Source of the DNA: Terriglobia bacterium
Lineage (GTDB): Bacteria; Acidobacteriota; Terriglobia; Acidiferrales; UBA7541
Assembly (NCBI GenBank): GCA_963695545.1
Contig: OY968796.1
Coordinates: 3,104,001 to 3,168,000, forward strand
Direction of reading: 5' to 3'
DNA: 64,000 nucleotides
The notes beneath the pieces were generated by a model. That model saw nothing but the letters and a program-made list of their open reading frames with translations. It was not told the DNA's origin and ran no database searches. This document shows positions 63,400 through 64,000 of this stretch, piece by piece. Position numbers and translations under genes: made by a program. The stretch's first letter is position 1. Each line of letters starts with the position of its first letter.

Positions 63400-64000
63400 C
63401 TACTTTGGTGTCGTCGTCGGCGTAGGCATGGTCGGATTATATTTCGCGCCCAAGTCAGGCGTCGATTCCACGTCGGTCGGATTGACGGCCTTCGCGACTT
63501 CCACCGCGAAAACGTAGCTCGGACCAAACATGTTGCTCGTGAAGAAGACGAGCTTCTTGTCCGGCGAGAAGCGCACATTCGGCTCCAGGTGATAATCGTG
63601 GTGCGACATGTTCACCAAGTGCTCGGATTCAAAGACGCCGGGCTGCCAGAAACTGGGATCGTTCAAGTCGCCCGGTCCTTCGTCAGCCACGATCATGTGC
63701 GGGTGAAACAGCTCGATCCATTCGCCATCGGGCGCGCTCGCCACCTGGCCCGGATCGCCGCCATCGCCGGTGAACATGTCGAGATCCTGCGTCAAGTTGA
63801 AGTGGATTGACCATTCGTTGCGCTGCATGTGATACGCGGTACGCGTGTGCGTCGTCAGGTTGTAGCTCGCCAGGAAAAAATCCTCGCCCTTGGGATATTG
63901 CCAGTCATACCAAATTGTTCTGCCGTCGAGCCCCCAGAATTCGTGGCCGGCAATTTCCATGAACATCGTGCGTTTGTGAATCAAAATGTTGCCCGTGCCG
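63400..64000 (-). CDS. Oligogalacturonate lyase-like beta-propeller (5' end outside window)
   Basis: GHEFW..DG.TIWYD, WSIHFN, GDGG, LEPNVRFSPDKKLVFFTSN. Confidence 0.75.
   Translation of the reverse strand, partial: GTGNILIHKRTMFMEIAGHEFWGLDGRTIWYDWQYPKGEDFFLASYNLTTHTRTAYHMQRNEWSIHFNLTQDLDMFTGDGGDPGQVASAPDGEWIELFHPHMIVADEGPGDLNDPSFWQPGVFESEHLVNMSHHDYHLEPNVRFSPDKKLVFFTSNMFGPSYVFAVEVAKAVNPTDVESTPDLGAKYNPTMPTPTTTPK

Overview
GC-rich bacterial DNA; gene content suggests Acidobacteriota (inference). 1-8.3 kb: a large beta-rich lipoprotein running off the left edge, then pyrG, a secreted protein, kdsA-kdsD-kdsC and an epimerase. 8.6-22.2 kb: a translationally coupled operon of four predicted exported proteins (beta-propeller, VIT-vWA, 2471-aa TPR-like, 598-aa unknown). 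22.2-27.3 kb: a C1/folate cluster (MetF-MetV fusion, AcsE-like methyltransferase, amidohydrolase) convergent with NAD-dependent formate dehydrogenase. 27.5-28.4 kb: a 0.8-kb integrase-free islet with one SRA-like/HNH nuclease at the 3' end of tRNA-Gly(CCC). After ggt, a ~21.3-kb integrative element sits in the 3' end of tRNA-fMet (12-bp att cores at 31741-31752 and 52992-53003). Its large serine recombinase contains the att site inside its own 3' coding end. The element carries a satellite-like replication module and mostly frameshifted defence/DNA-modification cargo (trypsin-like protease, PD-(D/E)xK-like, TIR, Mom-like, SIR2, IS3-truncated type IIG R-M, DUF2779 nuclease), a resolvase and an RHH regulator. 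53-64 kb: DyP-encapsulin, LLM oxidoreductase, outer-membrane barrel, VOC proteins, Tat-SRPBCC, BNR-propeller/MoaD pair, PAP2 membrane protein, a secreted protein and an oligogalacturonate lyase-like gene. All family calls come from motifs recognised by eye, not from database searches.
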